The notes under the pieces were generated by a model. It saw nothing but the letters and a program-made list of their open reading frames with translations. It had not been told where the DNA came from and did no database searches. A DNA stretch of 62,619 nt, counting the filler, from Vannella sp. (taxonomy: Eukaryota): the NCBI GenBank assembly GCA_023345925.1. It is 7 parts of 7 records of this genome, joined end to end, with 100 filler letters (N's around TTAATTAATTAA, not from the genome) between each part and the next. Parts side by side here need not be neighbours in the genome. Positions count along the whole stretch, not along the records: positions 1 to 12,540 come from JAJQQN010001402.1; positions 12,641 to 19,271 come from JAJQQN010000887.1; positions 19,372 to 30,830 come from JAJQQN010000732.1; 4 more parts are not named here. One strand, written 5' to 3'. Both the position numbers and the translations under genes were made by a program. Of this stretch, positions 12,073-26,215 are shown piece by piece (position 1 is the first letter of the stretch; each line of letters begins with the position of its first letter).

Positions 12073-12540
12073 ACGCCTCCAATCAATCAATACAGCTTTC
12101 CGAAGATTGTGAATGAAGAAGCTTCCGACACGCAAGAGTAGATTGTATCTTTTTGTAATATGGTGCATTCAGAAGAGTCAGCGACTGGCGGGCTTGCGCT
12201 GTTGCAACATGAAGCATGGTTGCTACGAAGATTGGTCCTCCCAAGAGTGGATGGCAACAACAGTGGGCTTCTTCATGGTGCGCGCCTTGTTTAACTTGGC
12301 CTACCAACACTTGCAATGGTTTAGATCGTCGCTGTCTGGCCCCAAAGTGAGCGTTCAGGCGTTCGAGCAGGAGGATTCAGTCACTTCTTATATTAATCCC
12401 TTTTATTCGCTCAAGAGGCTCTTCCTTCCTGCCGGTCATGGCAAGCGCCCCTTCCTCAAAGGAAGCGGGCACTCTTCTTTGTGCTCCTGCTGGTGAATGA
12501 ATGAGGGAGAGCGGGCTGGACAGGGCAAAGCGTGGGAGTG

Positions 12541-12640
12541 NNNNNNNNNNNNNNNNNNNNNNNNNNNNNNNNNNNNNNNNNNNNTTAATTAATTAANNNN
12601 NNNNNNNNNNNNNNNNNNNNNNNNNNNNNNNNNNNNNNNN
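12541..12640. other. Artificial contig spacer
   Basis: N44-TTAATTAATTAA-N44; stops in all six frames. Confidence 0.99.
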
Positions 12641-12684
12641 CGAGTGAGGCAGCAAAGTGAGGTTTATGGGCTCACAGAATCGAG

Positions 12685-15060
<2,376 letters not shown>

Positions 15061-15124
15061 CAAAAAATGGCTCTTAATGAAGAAATCTTGTGAACATGAA
15101 AAGGTCATTGTTTGAGGGAGTAGG

Positions 15125-16864
15125 ATGGCGGAGGACTTGGTTGTGGATTTGGCCTTTTCTGGTGCCTTGGGTGGGTTGGAGGATGGATTGGATGCTCAGG
15201 CGTTGTTGGATAGTAGTGATCACTTTGAGAGGGCGGAGGAGATCATCTACTCCGAGCCATTGCCCGGGATCATCACCGGGGAGCGGCTGCATGTGGCAGG
15301 GGAGGTTTCCCCGTGGAACTCACTGCGTAGTCTCTTTCTGAGATCCAGTTTGGATAAGTGAGTCTCCTTTCATGGGCTTGTTGGCCCCCTCATGTGTCTG
15401 CACTGCTGATATGGACTTAGCAGCAACAAATCTCCCAACAGCATGCTTCACAAGATGCCTAGGCCCCAGTAAGCCGTTCCAAAGACGTAGTTATGCATTC
15501 TCACACAACTTGATAGCCAGGCAGGGCAGGAGGCTCAGGAAGAAACCGAGAAGTACGAACGAGAGTATCAGGACATGGTCAAGTCCTTCCGCGAGAAGGG
15601 TTCGTTCTAAGCTCTCCTGAAAGGAAACCTACTTCTTCATCATCTCACAAAGGAGCGAGCAGAGCGGAGGAAGAAGTGCGAAGAGGCGAAGAGTCGCGAT
15701 CTTCGAGAGCGCCGAATTGAAGAGAGCAACCGCATCTGGAAGCAGTCTGACATCATCCCTAACTGGGAACAGAGGTAACTTGCTCCTTGGTTGCACCGCT
15801 CTCGCCACTTACTGTGAGCAGGAAGAACAGCAAGAAGACACGAGACTTGATCATTTGTGGGATTCCTCCGAACATTCGGACCATTGTTTGGCCCCTTTTG
15901 CTAGGGAATCGCTTGCAGGTAACCTCTGGTAAGTGTCTAGGGACTTTAAGTACCACTGGGCTGATGACCAGGTCAGAACTTTTTGAGATTTATATCGCAC
16001 AAGCCGCCCGAATGCGGGAGCTTGGAGGTCCAGAGATTGGTAAAGAACGCTCTTTGAGTGTCATTGACTTGGATCTCGCAAGAACGTTCCCTGCCCTGTC
16101 CTTTTTCCAGGAGGATGGTCCACTTCATCCCCAGCTGCGGTGCGTTATCAGTCCCTGAAGCGGTTCTCGATGTTGATAGCGGAGAAGGAATGTATTAGAG
16201 TCGTATGTGAGCTACAGACCTGATATCGGCTACGTCCAGGGCATGTCTTTCATAGCTTCTGTATTCCTCCTGGTGATGGACTCTCATTTGGCCTTCCAAT
16301 GTCTGGCTAACTTGCTGAACCGACCTTTCTTTCTCGGATTCTTCCGAATGGATATAGATCATGTGAGAATAGGGTTGAATGGCTCTCTTCTTGACTCTAA
16401 TGGAGTGACTCGGGACTAGATCGATCGCTTTGTAGAGGCTTTTGAACGCACCCTTTCCATTCACCTTCCCAATCTTTGTGCTTATTTACAACGGCACTCT
16501 ATTACCGCTCATATTTACTGCTTAGATTGGTGTGTTGGCCATCCCCTGATGACTAAGAATCTCCACTGACTGAATCAGGGCTCTCACTTTGTTCTCAAAA
16601 AGCTTGCCTTTAGAGACAGCTTCTAGACTGTGGGACTGCATCTTCCTAGATGGGGAAATTTATATCTTTCGAGCTGGTATTGCACTTCTATCTCTGGTAG
16701 AGGCAGAGATTCTCGCGTCCAGTTATGACCAGACAATGTTACTTCTCACCCATCTCCCACTTGTAGAAGAAGAAAAACTGTTCCTCGCCATGGCAGCCTA
16801 TCCAATCACGGCAAAAGGCGAGAAACTTCTCGAGCAATATATGTACAGCATTTCGGTCCTCTGA
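15125..16864 (+). CDS. TBC-domain Rab GTPase-activating protein (TBC1D12/14-like)
   Basis: GIPPNIRTIVWPLLLGN, IDLDLARTFP (Arg finger), YRPDIGYVQGM (Gln finger), LPLETASRLWD; many short introns; 5' exons less certain. Confidence 0.87.
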
Positions 16865-16924
16865 CAAGGCGACCAAACATTAAAGCCCCGTTTGCAGAGT
16901 GCATCTCAGTGTATGTATTTGATA

Positions 16925-18586
16925 CTATACACGTGGCATGGGGGGAGGCCAGTCAAAGACGATTGACAAGACATCAAGCTGGAGAATGTCAGCTTCACAA
17001 TCCAAGAGAGATCCGAGATTGGGGCGGGTTCGACCAAAGTCCCCGTGGACAAACTCCTTAATGTAGGTCCCTGCTTGTGTCTCCAGGTCCAGGAGGAGTG
17101 CGTGGGAGTGAATGAGTTCGTAGGAGATGCCGTAAATCATTTTTGGGCGCGTTGAGAGCGTTCTTCTATGGAGAACGCGAATGGGAGTATCTTGCTGAAC
17201 TTGGAGCTCTCCTTTCTCTTTGAGAGAGTCAAGAATGGCAATGCGTTGGGGAGTGAGAGGCTCCGATAGACAGACGACACAGCGATAAGTTTTCTTCTTG
17301 TGCTCTTCTCCTTCTTTCAATTGCTGGCAATCCTCCTTAGGGATGTTTTGCAAGTCCCGAACAAAGATGAGGTTGCTCCCATTGTTCGTAAGACGTTCAG
17401 CCTCTGCAAGTTGCTCATTAGTGACGAACGGATTCCGAGGATTGTGAATTTCTAGTAAGAAAGGGCGCCCGTTCCCCAGCATTCGAACATCAATATCCTC
17501 TCTTCCAGCAGAACTGAATGAAAAGCCATCTGCTTCAAACAAGCGAACGACGTGCTCTGCAATGAGCTCTTCGACAGAACTCTCTGACTTTCTCTTTCCG
17601 TCAATGACCCAGGGCGTTTGGCTCAGTGTACGAGAGTACTTGTTATACCTCCCTGCAACAAAGACGTACGCGTACTCAAACTTGACTGCCAGAGTGCTGA
17701 TTTCTGCCACAGGGCGAAGAGGGAGAATCTTCATGCTATTTCGGACAGTCAGACAGGCTCCACGTATCTCAGAAGAGCTTACGCCTCCAGTCGAGTGACA
17801 CTCTTATCACTCATCTGCTTCATAAGCGAGGGGATGGTGTGAGTGGCCGTTGGAGCCGGAGCACGCTCGAACCGTTGCTTTCGTGATCGCTTTTGAGGGG
17901 CACAGGAGAACGGGGCCAGCTCCCCCTCGGATAGAGGGTTAGAGAACGAGAGTGAGATAGTGAATTTGGACTGATCAGGGTTGTTAGACCCTCACGAAGG
18001 CGGTGATCGAATGTCCCTCACTTCAACTTCAAAGGAAACAGGGAGGACCTGCGCGTACATCCATTTGAACACCTCCTTAACAGAGGGGATCTTGGAGTGA
18101 TCTATAGCAAGCTCACTACTGCGCTGTGTTAACGAGATCGCGAAAAGGAGCGGGGAAGATCCTCTCTTACCCCAAAGCTTGATCAAACTGAGCCAGAACG
18201 GCCATCTCTCGGACGATAGAGACAAAGGGAAGGGTTACACAAAACTGGAAGCTCTTGTACCGATGTCCACTCGCAGCCAGAGCGGACTGGACTTGTTCGC
18301 GGTAGAGGGGTTGGTGGGTATTCTCCGTGTCCTGGAGGATGCCCAGGCAGAGAGTGCAAGTGGAGAAAGGACGCGGAAAGGGCTTCATTTGAGTGTCCTC
18401 TGAGGAGTCTGGGAGCGCGTGGAACAACGCAACCAACTCCGTTTCGGAGTGGTTGAATAGAGGGACGCTGTGAGCACACAGGAATCGTACAGCGCATCTC
18501 ACACACGTCCCCTCTCGGTACAGACCAGCCACGAAGCGCACCAGAGCTGCCCTACGAGGTTTATCCAGCTCCTCAAAGTCTTCCAT
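16925..18586 (-). CDS. PUS10: tRNA pseudouridine synthase Pus10
   Basis: N-terminal CxxC motifs (CVRC, CTLC); AGRYNKYSRTLSQTPW, GREDIDVRMLGNGRPF, QDTPIRVLHRR, TQAGTYIKEFVHGDFGRT. Confidence 0.94.
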
Positions 18587-18699
18587 CCTCTTCCCTCAGC
18601 AGAGGACCCAAAACTGACCTCTTTTACTCCCTTCTGGAGAGCCAGACTTCCCAATTACTTCAATACTCCTTTGATACGCTTGGTTTCCCATTCATTGGG

Positions 18700-19271
18700 A
18701 TGCCTTTGAGCTTCCACACGCTCCTCCTCTCCCTCGAAGGAGGCCTTTTGGTTTTTGGGCACAACTACGAGGGCCAACTCGGTCTCGGCCACAAAAAGGT
18801 CCAACTGCAGCCAGCGGAGGTTCCCTGGGATGGCCCGCAGCCGGTTCAGGTCGACTGTGGATGGAGATACTCCCTCGTTCTTGATGTGGAGGGCGGTGTG
18901 TGGCAAGCCGGTCTCTCCCTGTCCTCTTTTACCTTCCAGAGAGTGTTACAACTACCTTGTATTGTTTTAGTAGCTGCTGGTGAGTCCCACTGCGCTGCCA
19001 TCGACACTGAAGGCGGCCTTTGGGTGTGGACGAGCGAGACCGATCTCTCTTGGGCGCGTTCTCTTCCTCAACGAGTGGATGCCCTTCCCCCAATCACCAA
19101 GGTGGCTTGCGGCTTCAGGTTTCTCGTGGCAGAGGCCGAAGAAGGCCTCTGGGTGTTGGGCAACAACTCCCAAGGGAACTGGGCCTCGGCCACACCAACA
19201 GCGCTCTCCAACCGACCCTCGTCCAGGTAGAAGGCCGATCCGAAGGACCTCTCCGATGCCTGGCTGCCCTT
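18700..19271 (+). pseudogene. RCC1-repeat protein, frameshifted and cut by the contig end
   Basis: RCC1 repeats (FGHNYEGQLGLG, VDCGWRYSL, AAGESHCA). A 1-nt deletion near 19176 relative to the paralog at 31583-32647 (CAA GGG -AA CTG GGC vs AAG GGG CAA CTG GGC); homology continues in another frame (LGLGHTNSALQPTLVQVEGR). Confidence 0.78.
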
Positions 19272-19371
19272 NNNNNNNNNNNNNNNNNNNNNNNNNNNNN
19301 NNNNNNNNNNNNNNNTTAATTAATTAANNNNNNNNNNNNNNNNNNNNNNNNNNNNNNNNNNNNNNNNNNNN
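19272..19371. other. Artificial contig spacer
   Basis: N44-TTAATTAATTAA-N44. Confidence 0.99.
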
Positions 19372-19736
19372 GTCCTGAACAAATCAATGCTGTGAAACAC
19401 ATTCTCCTACTGGTGAGAGATCTCCAGATCATGCGAATACCACATCCAATGATGCTCCCGCTAAATGATGATGATCTTGCGGGTGTCATCTTGTGTATCA
19501 TCGACTTTCAGATTGGGGTCGAATAATGACGCCCTTCAGCAGACAGGAACAACCTGCCCGGACGTGTGGAATGATAGAGCGTAGTTTCTTTCAACACCAC
19601 TCTGTTCAATAGGTCCTCTTCCACCGGCAGGGAGCTTCACGGACAAGAAAGGGGTTTGGATGAGTGGTGGGTGGGAAGATGCGATGGGTTTGAACTTTCC
19701 TAAGATGATTCAAATAAGTGGAAATGAGATCTTTAC

Positions 19737-20251
19737 TCAAGTTCCGTCAAACCATATGACCTGTGTCGCCCTTTCGTGAAAGCCGTGTTCTTCGTCCGGT
19801 GATGAAGGTCGAGGAGACAGGGATATGGGGTCTGATGCGTGTTCTAATGGTTGTTCTATACATTCAGTGGAAGACACTAGGTTCAACGGCGGGACTTGTG
19901 AGGCGGGGGACCAAGAAAACTCTCCAGATGGGTTCGAGGAAGAGGGATCCTCCTCCGACTCGTTCAGCAGGTTGGAGATGGGAAAGGGCATCGGTGTTTC
20001 GGGGGTTATCCTCTTCTCTCGTTTAACCATCCACTGGTAACGGAGTCCACATGCGTTGCACAGGCTAACTGCCCGCAGGTCCCAATTAATTCTGCTCCTG
20101 AGAGCGACCTCTTGAGCATCGGGAAAGGAAGCATTCGCAACATGTGCAGTAGGGAGAAGAGCTGCTAAATACCTTCGCCGTCTGGACCTTTTCGCCACTG
20201 CGCAGTGTCTGATGTGTTGCAGATGCGGCAAAACTTCTCCTTCGACTCCAT
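19737..20251 (-). CDS. GATA-type zinc finger protein
   Basis: Removing intron 20069-20172 gives MESKEKFCRICNTSDTAQWRKGPDGEVSLCNACGLRY (CX2CX18CX2C), followed by ISNLLN. Confidence 0.88.
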
Positions 20252-20689
20252 CCTAGAGGTTCCAGGAACCTTAGGCCTCTTCAATGCTCGTGTATGTGAC
20301 TCAGGCTGATCGTTGTCTTCATTGTTAGTTCATGGGTCTTATCGTTGTTCAACTCCTAACCTTGCGGATCGTTTTAGGAATGGGTGGCCCTCGTGGTGGT
20401 TCCATGTTTCTCTTCGAAGCTTCAAGTGCGGAGTCGGGTATCAAAAATGGAAAAGCTTCCCGGCACGCGTAAGGTCCCAAAATTAGTAAACATTGGAAGG
20501 TTTCCGAAGCTTCCAAGGTCCATCCAATCCGGCTGCTTATCTCACTTATCAGCTCTTGCAATTGAAAAAGGCTATTAATTATTGGCTCCGATCAAGCTTC
20601 ATTCTTTTGGGCGGGATGTTTCGGCGGTTGGTCTGTTGGACGTTGGGCATAGAGAGGCGGAATACACCTCATTCTACACCCAGTTGAAG

Positions 20690-21808
20690 ATGCAATACAG
20701 AGAGAAAAAGCGACAACAACGCAGGAGGAAGCAGTTCCTTAGAAAAGTTCACGAGCACGCTGGTCTCCCTCTGCATGAGGAGTCTTCTTCTAGTTTCCGC
20801 CTTCCCAACTTTGTGACAACCCTTCTTGTTGGTGCTGTTGCCATCCCTATCGCGCTGATCAGAGCTATTTCAGCCACAATTGGACTTCTTCGAGACTCCC
20901 TGATGGTTGCCATGGTCTGTTCTCTGGAGTTAATCAGGTCAACAGCTCTCTTTCCAGTCCACTTGACCTCCTACTTTGTCTCTATCCTCCTCTTCTCCAC
21001 TACCCAGCTGTTAACTCGGGCAGAGAGCGAAGAAGCGCTTCATCAAGCCAGCCTCCACACCCGAATGACCGAACTGGAGAGAGCTTTCACCGCCCTCCAG
21101 AAGAAGCAAGTCAAACTTCAAAACAAACTCGCCTCTCAAGAGAAAGCCATCCTCAGCCGCAAGCCGATCACGCAGATCATCAAGAAAGAGGTGATCTCTG
21201 CTCCCTCAGTGCCTTCCACCATGAAGGTAGCCACTATGGCTCCTCCTCCCCCTCCTGCGATGATGCTACCGCCTCCCCCACCCCCTCAAATGGCGCTTCC
21301 CCCGATTGTGGCGCCAAGAAAGTTGATCATTACGAAGCGCTCTCCTCGCCAGGCAAGCAACGTTGCAACACCAGGCACTACGCTATCTCTACAAGCTGTA
21401 CTGGGAGCCCGAAGTGGTTTGAAGAAGGTCGAACGAAGGACTGATCTTGCTAAACCTATTGCGCAGCCAAACGGCTTTGCTGTGACCTTGAGTGACATCA
21501 GTTCGATACAACTTCGACGAAGGGAGAACGCCAACTGCCCTCTCCCAGTGGCTATCGAAACTCCCAAGAGCATGGCAAGTAACATGTTCCGCCTTCGCTC
21601 TACCGCCGTGCAGAGGTCCCCTGGTGGTACTCCAATGAAGGAGAACATGACCATGAACGCAGACTCCCCCTCCAACATCCTTACCAGCGCCTTACGGAAG
21701 AAGTTCCGCCAAGCGCGCGGTTCCCCTCACCACCGACCCCTCTCTCCCAGTAGCCTTCCTTCCTCTCCCTACGAGTCCCCCAAGGCGACCCTTCTCTCCA
21801 TCAGGTAA
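20690..21808 (+). CDS. Proline-rich protein, PRR11-like
   Basis: Basic N-terminus QRRRKQ, hydrophobic segment, coiled coil, poly-Pro, LKKV and VTLSDISSIQLRR repeats, RSPGGTPMKEN...LTSALRKKF...SP. Confidence 0.7.
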   Translation: MQYREKKRQQRRRKQFLRKVHEHAGLPLHEESSSSFRLPNFVTTLLVGAVAIPIALIRAISATIGLLRDSLMVAMVCSLELIRSTALFPVHLTSYFVSILLFSTTQLLTRAESEEALHQASLHTRMTELERAFTALQKKQVKLQNKLASQEKAILSRKPITQIIKKEVISAPSVPSTMKVATMAPPPPPAMMLPPPPPPQMALPPIVAPRKLIITKRSPRQASNVATPGTTLSLQAVLGARSGLKKVERRTDLAKPIAQPNGFAVTLSDISSIQLRRRENANCPLPVAIETPKSMASNMFRLRSTAVQRSPGGTPMKENMTMNADSPSNILTSALRKKFRQARGSPHHRPLSPSSLPSSPYESPKATLLSIR

Positions 21809-21886
21809 TTGCACTCCCTCGTGCGAGGCGGTTTGGTCTGTCCTCGTGCGCGAAAGCGTAATCAATACATTCATTCCTTCCTTCCC

Positions 21887-22222
21887 TTACAACGGAGAGA
21901 ACTTCCTCTTCTTCCGTTCAGGCTTCTCTTCCCAGTCATCGTCTGAGGATATCTCGACGAGCCTCGGCTTTCTCTTGTTGCGAACAGGGCTCAGTTCCTT
22001 CTTGTCACTGGGTTCTTCCACAGAGATGACTTTTGAAACCCGCGTTCCCATGTTCACACGCGTCTTCCCCTCCAGCAGGAGTCGGCTGGACGGCAACTTG
22101 GTCTCCTTTGTGGAGAGGATTGAAGGATCTGTCATGTCCGACGTACTAGATCTCCCTAGAGGGTACGTACTAAGGCCAGGCCGCTGAGTGAAGTCCAGTA
22201 CCTTCACAAACGCTGCAGCCAT
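21887..22222 (-). CDS. Small hypothetical protein (possibly nuclear)
   Basis: 111-aa ATG ORF filling the gap between two genes; acidic VEISSDDD and basic RKKRK segments; no family recognised. Confidence 0.4.
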   Translation of the reverse strand: MAAAFVKVLDFTQRPGLSTYPLGRSSTSDMTDPSILSTKETKLPSSRLLLEGKTRVNMGTRVSKVISVEEPSDKKELSPVRNKRKPRLVEISSDDDWEEKPERKKRKFSPL

Positions 22223-22272
22223 GAGAGGGCGAAGGCAAATGAGCGAAAGAGGTGATTGTATGATTGGGTGGT

Positions 22273-23124
22273 TTAAAGAAGTTGGTCAATGCGCAGCGCC
22301 TCGTAGTCCAGGCGCATCTGAGTAGTGTCATACTTGGTACGGAAGGCACCTTCAGACATGCAAATGATCTTCCACAGGTTTGCAGCATCACCAGCGACGT
22401 AGTAGCCGCGGGCAAGGAGCTGTGCTGTGCGCTCGTCCATCACGGCGTAGTTGTGTTGGAGCATCTCTTGGAAAAGGTCGAGCTTGTCCCTGTCGCCGTA
22501 CTCAACGAACGTGCTCAGGAAGAAGTTGTAATCGTCCATGGAAGGCTTGTACTTGTCGTCGACCATTTTGTTGAAGATGGCGGTCGCTCGATCGAAGTTC
22601 CTTGTCTCTGCGGTCACTTCGAGCATGAAGGAGTAGGCTTCTTTGTCTGGTTCCACACCCCAGTCGTTGTATCCATCATAGAGAGCGAAAAGTTGGCGCC
22701 ACTCCTTCTCCTGACGACAGCGACGCATCACGATCAGAAGATGGGATTGTTCAACGTCTGTGTAGTGAGTGCGAAGGGTTCTACCTCGGTTGGACTGGTG
22801 AGTGGGTGGAACAGCGAAAGGGCACTCCTCTCACCTCACAAGTTCTTCTACAGGCAGCTGGAGGTTAGAGATGTCATCAAGAAGAGCTTTGGATCTGTTT
22901 GCGTCCACCCCCTTTTGCTTGCGCGGCTTGGAACTGAGGAAACTTCCATCATTGATATCTGCAAAGTCTGAGAAGTCAAAGTCCACAACTTGATTGCCTC
23001 CACGCTCCCAGTCCGAAGGCCCTGCACTGTTCGCATTCCCTCGGAAGAACACTGGCGCCTGCACAGCTCTGGCAGCCACCACCGGGTTCCTCAACACCGA
23101 CCGAACCACCAACCGGCCCAACAT
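22273..23124 (-). CDS. Mitochondrial pentatricopeptide-repeat (PPR) protein
   Basis: Arg-rich presequence MLGRLVVRSVLRNP; one intron near 22795-22838; PPR-like units GVEPDKEAYSFML...AIFNKMVDDKYKPSMDDYNFFL. Confidence 0.75.
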
Positions 23125-23261
23125 CCGAAGAAATGGCCAAACATCACAATTCCACCATCCTAACTTGTGGCATGGATTAATTGGTGAAGTTGGAAAATTC
23201 GGAGTCGGAGGACGACTTTTCTGAGGACTCCGGAGATGGGCATTTCCCCTTGTCCTTGTTG

Positions 23262-26173
23262 ATGAGGAAGGCTCTTGGTTGGCTGGCCCTGCTGCTGGTT
23301 TATGTGGGATTGGTGGCGGGGCAGAGTGCGCAGTGTCGCGATCAGGGCATTGTGGTGTCGATGGTGAGGCGGGTTTGAGTTGGTGGGAGGGGCTAACGAG
23401 GTGTGTAGAGTACGTTTAATAGTACCGTCGTTCAGACTCTCTTTGCCAGCGCCAACAATGATGTAAGCGTGTGAGAGATGTGACCTGAGTCGCTGCTGAT
23501 GCCTGGGATAGGATATCTACGTCCGAACAGCTTCGTATGATGTCTATCGTAGCACAGATCATGGCAAGACCTTCACGCCTATCATGAACCTCTTAGGAGA
23601 CTTCTACAACACTTTCAACGGCACCCGCCACGGTGTTGCCTACATTGAGAAGGGAGCGGCTGACGGGCTTGTCTACTTGATTGGAGCATCTGGACATGTC
23701 TACTGGATCACACGTGGCGAAGGCGTATTCAAATCACACGCAACTGGAGACGCCACTCTCGTCCGCTTGACACCGCACCCCGAAGACCAAAACTTGGTCT
23801 TCCGCGCTCTCCAAAGGTGTCCCTCTTCGACGAGCTGTCAAGTGACCTTGGAGATAAGCCAATCTCAGGGTACTGAGGGCACGTGGGTCCTCGTACGGGA
23901 CTACATCTTCGCTGCCGGATGGGGTGCTGAGCCAAACCAACTGTTCTACATCAGTGCTGAGCCAGAGGACATCAGTGGGGACTACCGCTTTGCTTCTTTC
24001 CAGTACAGACGCTTCTACATCACAGAGAGCCTCAACCAGAACGTCCTTTACCGATCTCCACCAGGATTCTTTGAGTTCTTCTTTGACGGGAACACGGTTC
24101 TTTACGTGGCCAAGTACGAAATGGACACGGGACGCTCTGAACTCTTCATCAGTCCTGATAGTGGTGAGAGCTACGTGGCTGCACAGTTCCGTAACGCTTC
24201 CTCCATGGCTCATGTGGACAACAACCGCTTTATCATCCTGGATGGGGGTGAGGGCATGTCTTTCATGGCTGTGTGTCAACCAGAAGTGGTTGGGAGTGCC
24301 GTTCTCTTCCAAGCGGAGCTCAGTGATGGCCAGTTCTGGTACAATCTGCCTTATTTGAGGGCCAGCTGCAACCAAGGTAGATACGCCTTTGCAGACTTCC
24401 AGCGCTTGAACAGTATCGATGGTGTGTTCATCCTCAATACTGTGGACGAAGAGGCCTACGCTGCTCCCGGCCAGGAAACCGGACAGTTCATCAGTTCTCG
24501 TATCAGCTTCAATAAGGGTGCAGAGTGGTCTAGCATCCCAGCGCCGGCTGGTTCAGCCTGCTCAGATGACGCAGAGGTAGGAAGAGTTTGAGGGTCTCAC
24601 ATACCACAAACTAACGTGAGCTCTTGAAGGAGTGCCGTTTGAATCTCTTCAGCATCGTGGACCGAGATGTCAAGCGAATCTACTCTCTTAGTACTGCTGC
24701 TGGTTTAGTTCTTGCCACTGGCACAGTGGGAAAGTATCGCGGTGACAAGTCCAACGCAGACGTCTTCTTGAGTAGGAGCGGCGGATATGACTGGGTGAAG
24801 ATCCTCGATGGCAAGTTCAGCTACAACATGATTCATCACGGAAGTTTGCTTGCTGCCGTCCCTATTGGACCGAGCATGGGCATTTCGTATTCATGGACTC
24901 AGGGGCTCGATTGGGAGTCGTGTCTGTTTATGGATGAGCTGATTAGCGTTACCAGCCTCATTGATATTAGCCCTTCGCCCACTGAATTGGTGGAGCTCAT
25001 TGTTGGTAATTCTGATGGACGGGGATATGTGGGCACTATTGACTTTACTGCCACTGTTCCTCGCACATGTAAGTCCCCGTTTACAAAGTTCTGATGCTTC
25101 AAACAGCTTAAACTTCGTAGGTACTGGCTTTGGGTCTCCTGAAGAAGAAGACAGCGACTTTGAGCGGGTGGAACCTCAGGTTCACGGCAATTGCTTGCTT
25201 GGCCAAAGGACTTTGGTTACCAGGCGCAAGCGCGCTGCTGCATGCCTTAGCAATGTCGATGAGCGGGTTTCTGTGGAAGGCTCTTGCACTTGCCAGCGCT
25301 CTGACTTCACTTGCGATGGAGATTGCTGGAAGTCGCAACAGAACGACAGAGGCGAGCTTGTTTGTGTGAACGATTGCGTTGGACTTGACAATGACCCTCA
25401 TGCGGTTCCTTCGGAATGTTCGGAAACCTACAAGGTCTCTTCTGGTTACCGTTTGGTGGAGGGAGACCAATGCGTTGGTGGGCTACGGATGGATGTACCT
25501 TTCGAGATGCTCTGCCCCGGAGTAGATTATATATCCTCAACCCCTCTTCCCCCACTTCCCAGTAATTCAGAGATTCCCAGCCCTAATCCTCAGCCTCCTT
25601 CAAGCGCTGACTCAGTTAGCGATAAGGGAGAGCCCAACTCTTCGAATCCCGACGAGGCTACTGATGACTCTCTTGGCTTCTGGAGTATAATCGTGGTGGC
25701 ATTGTTTATTGCATTCTTCTCGCTGGTGTTGATCCTTCTTATTGTGGCCATTCTTTACAAGGCCAATCCTAAGTAAGAGCACTGTTGTGCTTCTCCAGCA
25801 GAAAAGAACTAATCGACAGCTGCAGGGTTCGCAGAATGATGAATCGATACTTGCCTTCGAGCATGGGTGGAGGTTCTGGTGAGACAAAGATGTATTCGAT
25901 ACTTGGTGACGGCAACACTCAAAGCGCATTGTTTGCTGATGACGATGATTTGTTCTTGGATGAGCGTAAGGCCCTCTCTGGATCCTTTTGAGAAGGAACA
26001 AACTTCTCACAACGTAACAGCTGACACTACCCCGGTGACTTCTGGAAGAACGGCTTTGGGTTCTCTTTTAGACTTTGATGACGACGACGCGGTAAGACCT
26101 GGCCACACCAAACTGGACTCTCTTTCTCACTGATTCCTTTCTGCAGGAGGGCGCTATTGACATTCAACTCTGA
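23262..26173 (+). CDS. VPS10/sortilin-family sorting receptor
   Basis: Signal peptide; Asp-box/BNR repeats STDHGKTF, SPDSGESY, SFNKGAEW, SRSGGYDW, SWTQGLDW; Cys-rich 10CC region (CLLGQR, CTCQRSDFTCD, GYRLVEGDQCVGG); TM; acidic tail with YSIL; last intron 26092-26146. Confidence 0.9.
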
Positions 26174-26215
26174 GCGGTTTATTATCGTCTCAGCTCATTC
26201 CAATGAATTCCTTTC

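Noticed and set aside
12083..12540. ORFs 12113-12496 and 12083-12316 after the PMT gene
   Set aside because: No recognisable motifs, non-ATG or weak starts, at a contig edge; cannot support a gene call.
19372..19700. Possible pseudogene fragment at the start of contig 3
   Set aside because: All frames are interrupted and no family could be recognised.
20069..20172. 104-nt GATA intron (about twice the usual size) as a snoRNA host or hidden microexon
   Set aside because: No C/D or H/ACA boxes recognised, and simple removal already gives the canonical CX2CX18CX2C finger.
20416..20601. Repeated AAGCTTC as heat-shock elements
   Set aside because: No run of three correctly spaced alternating nGAAn units.
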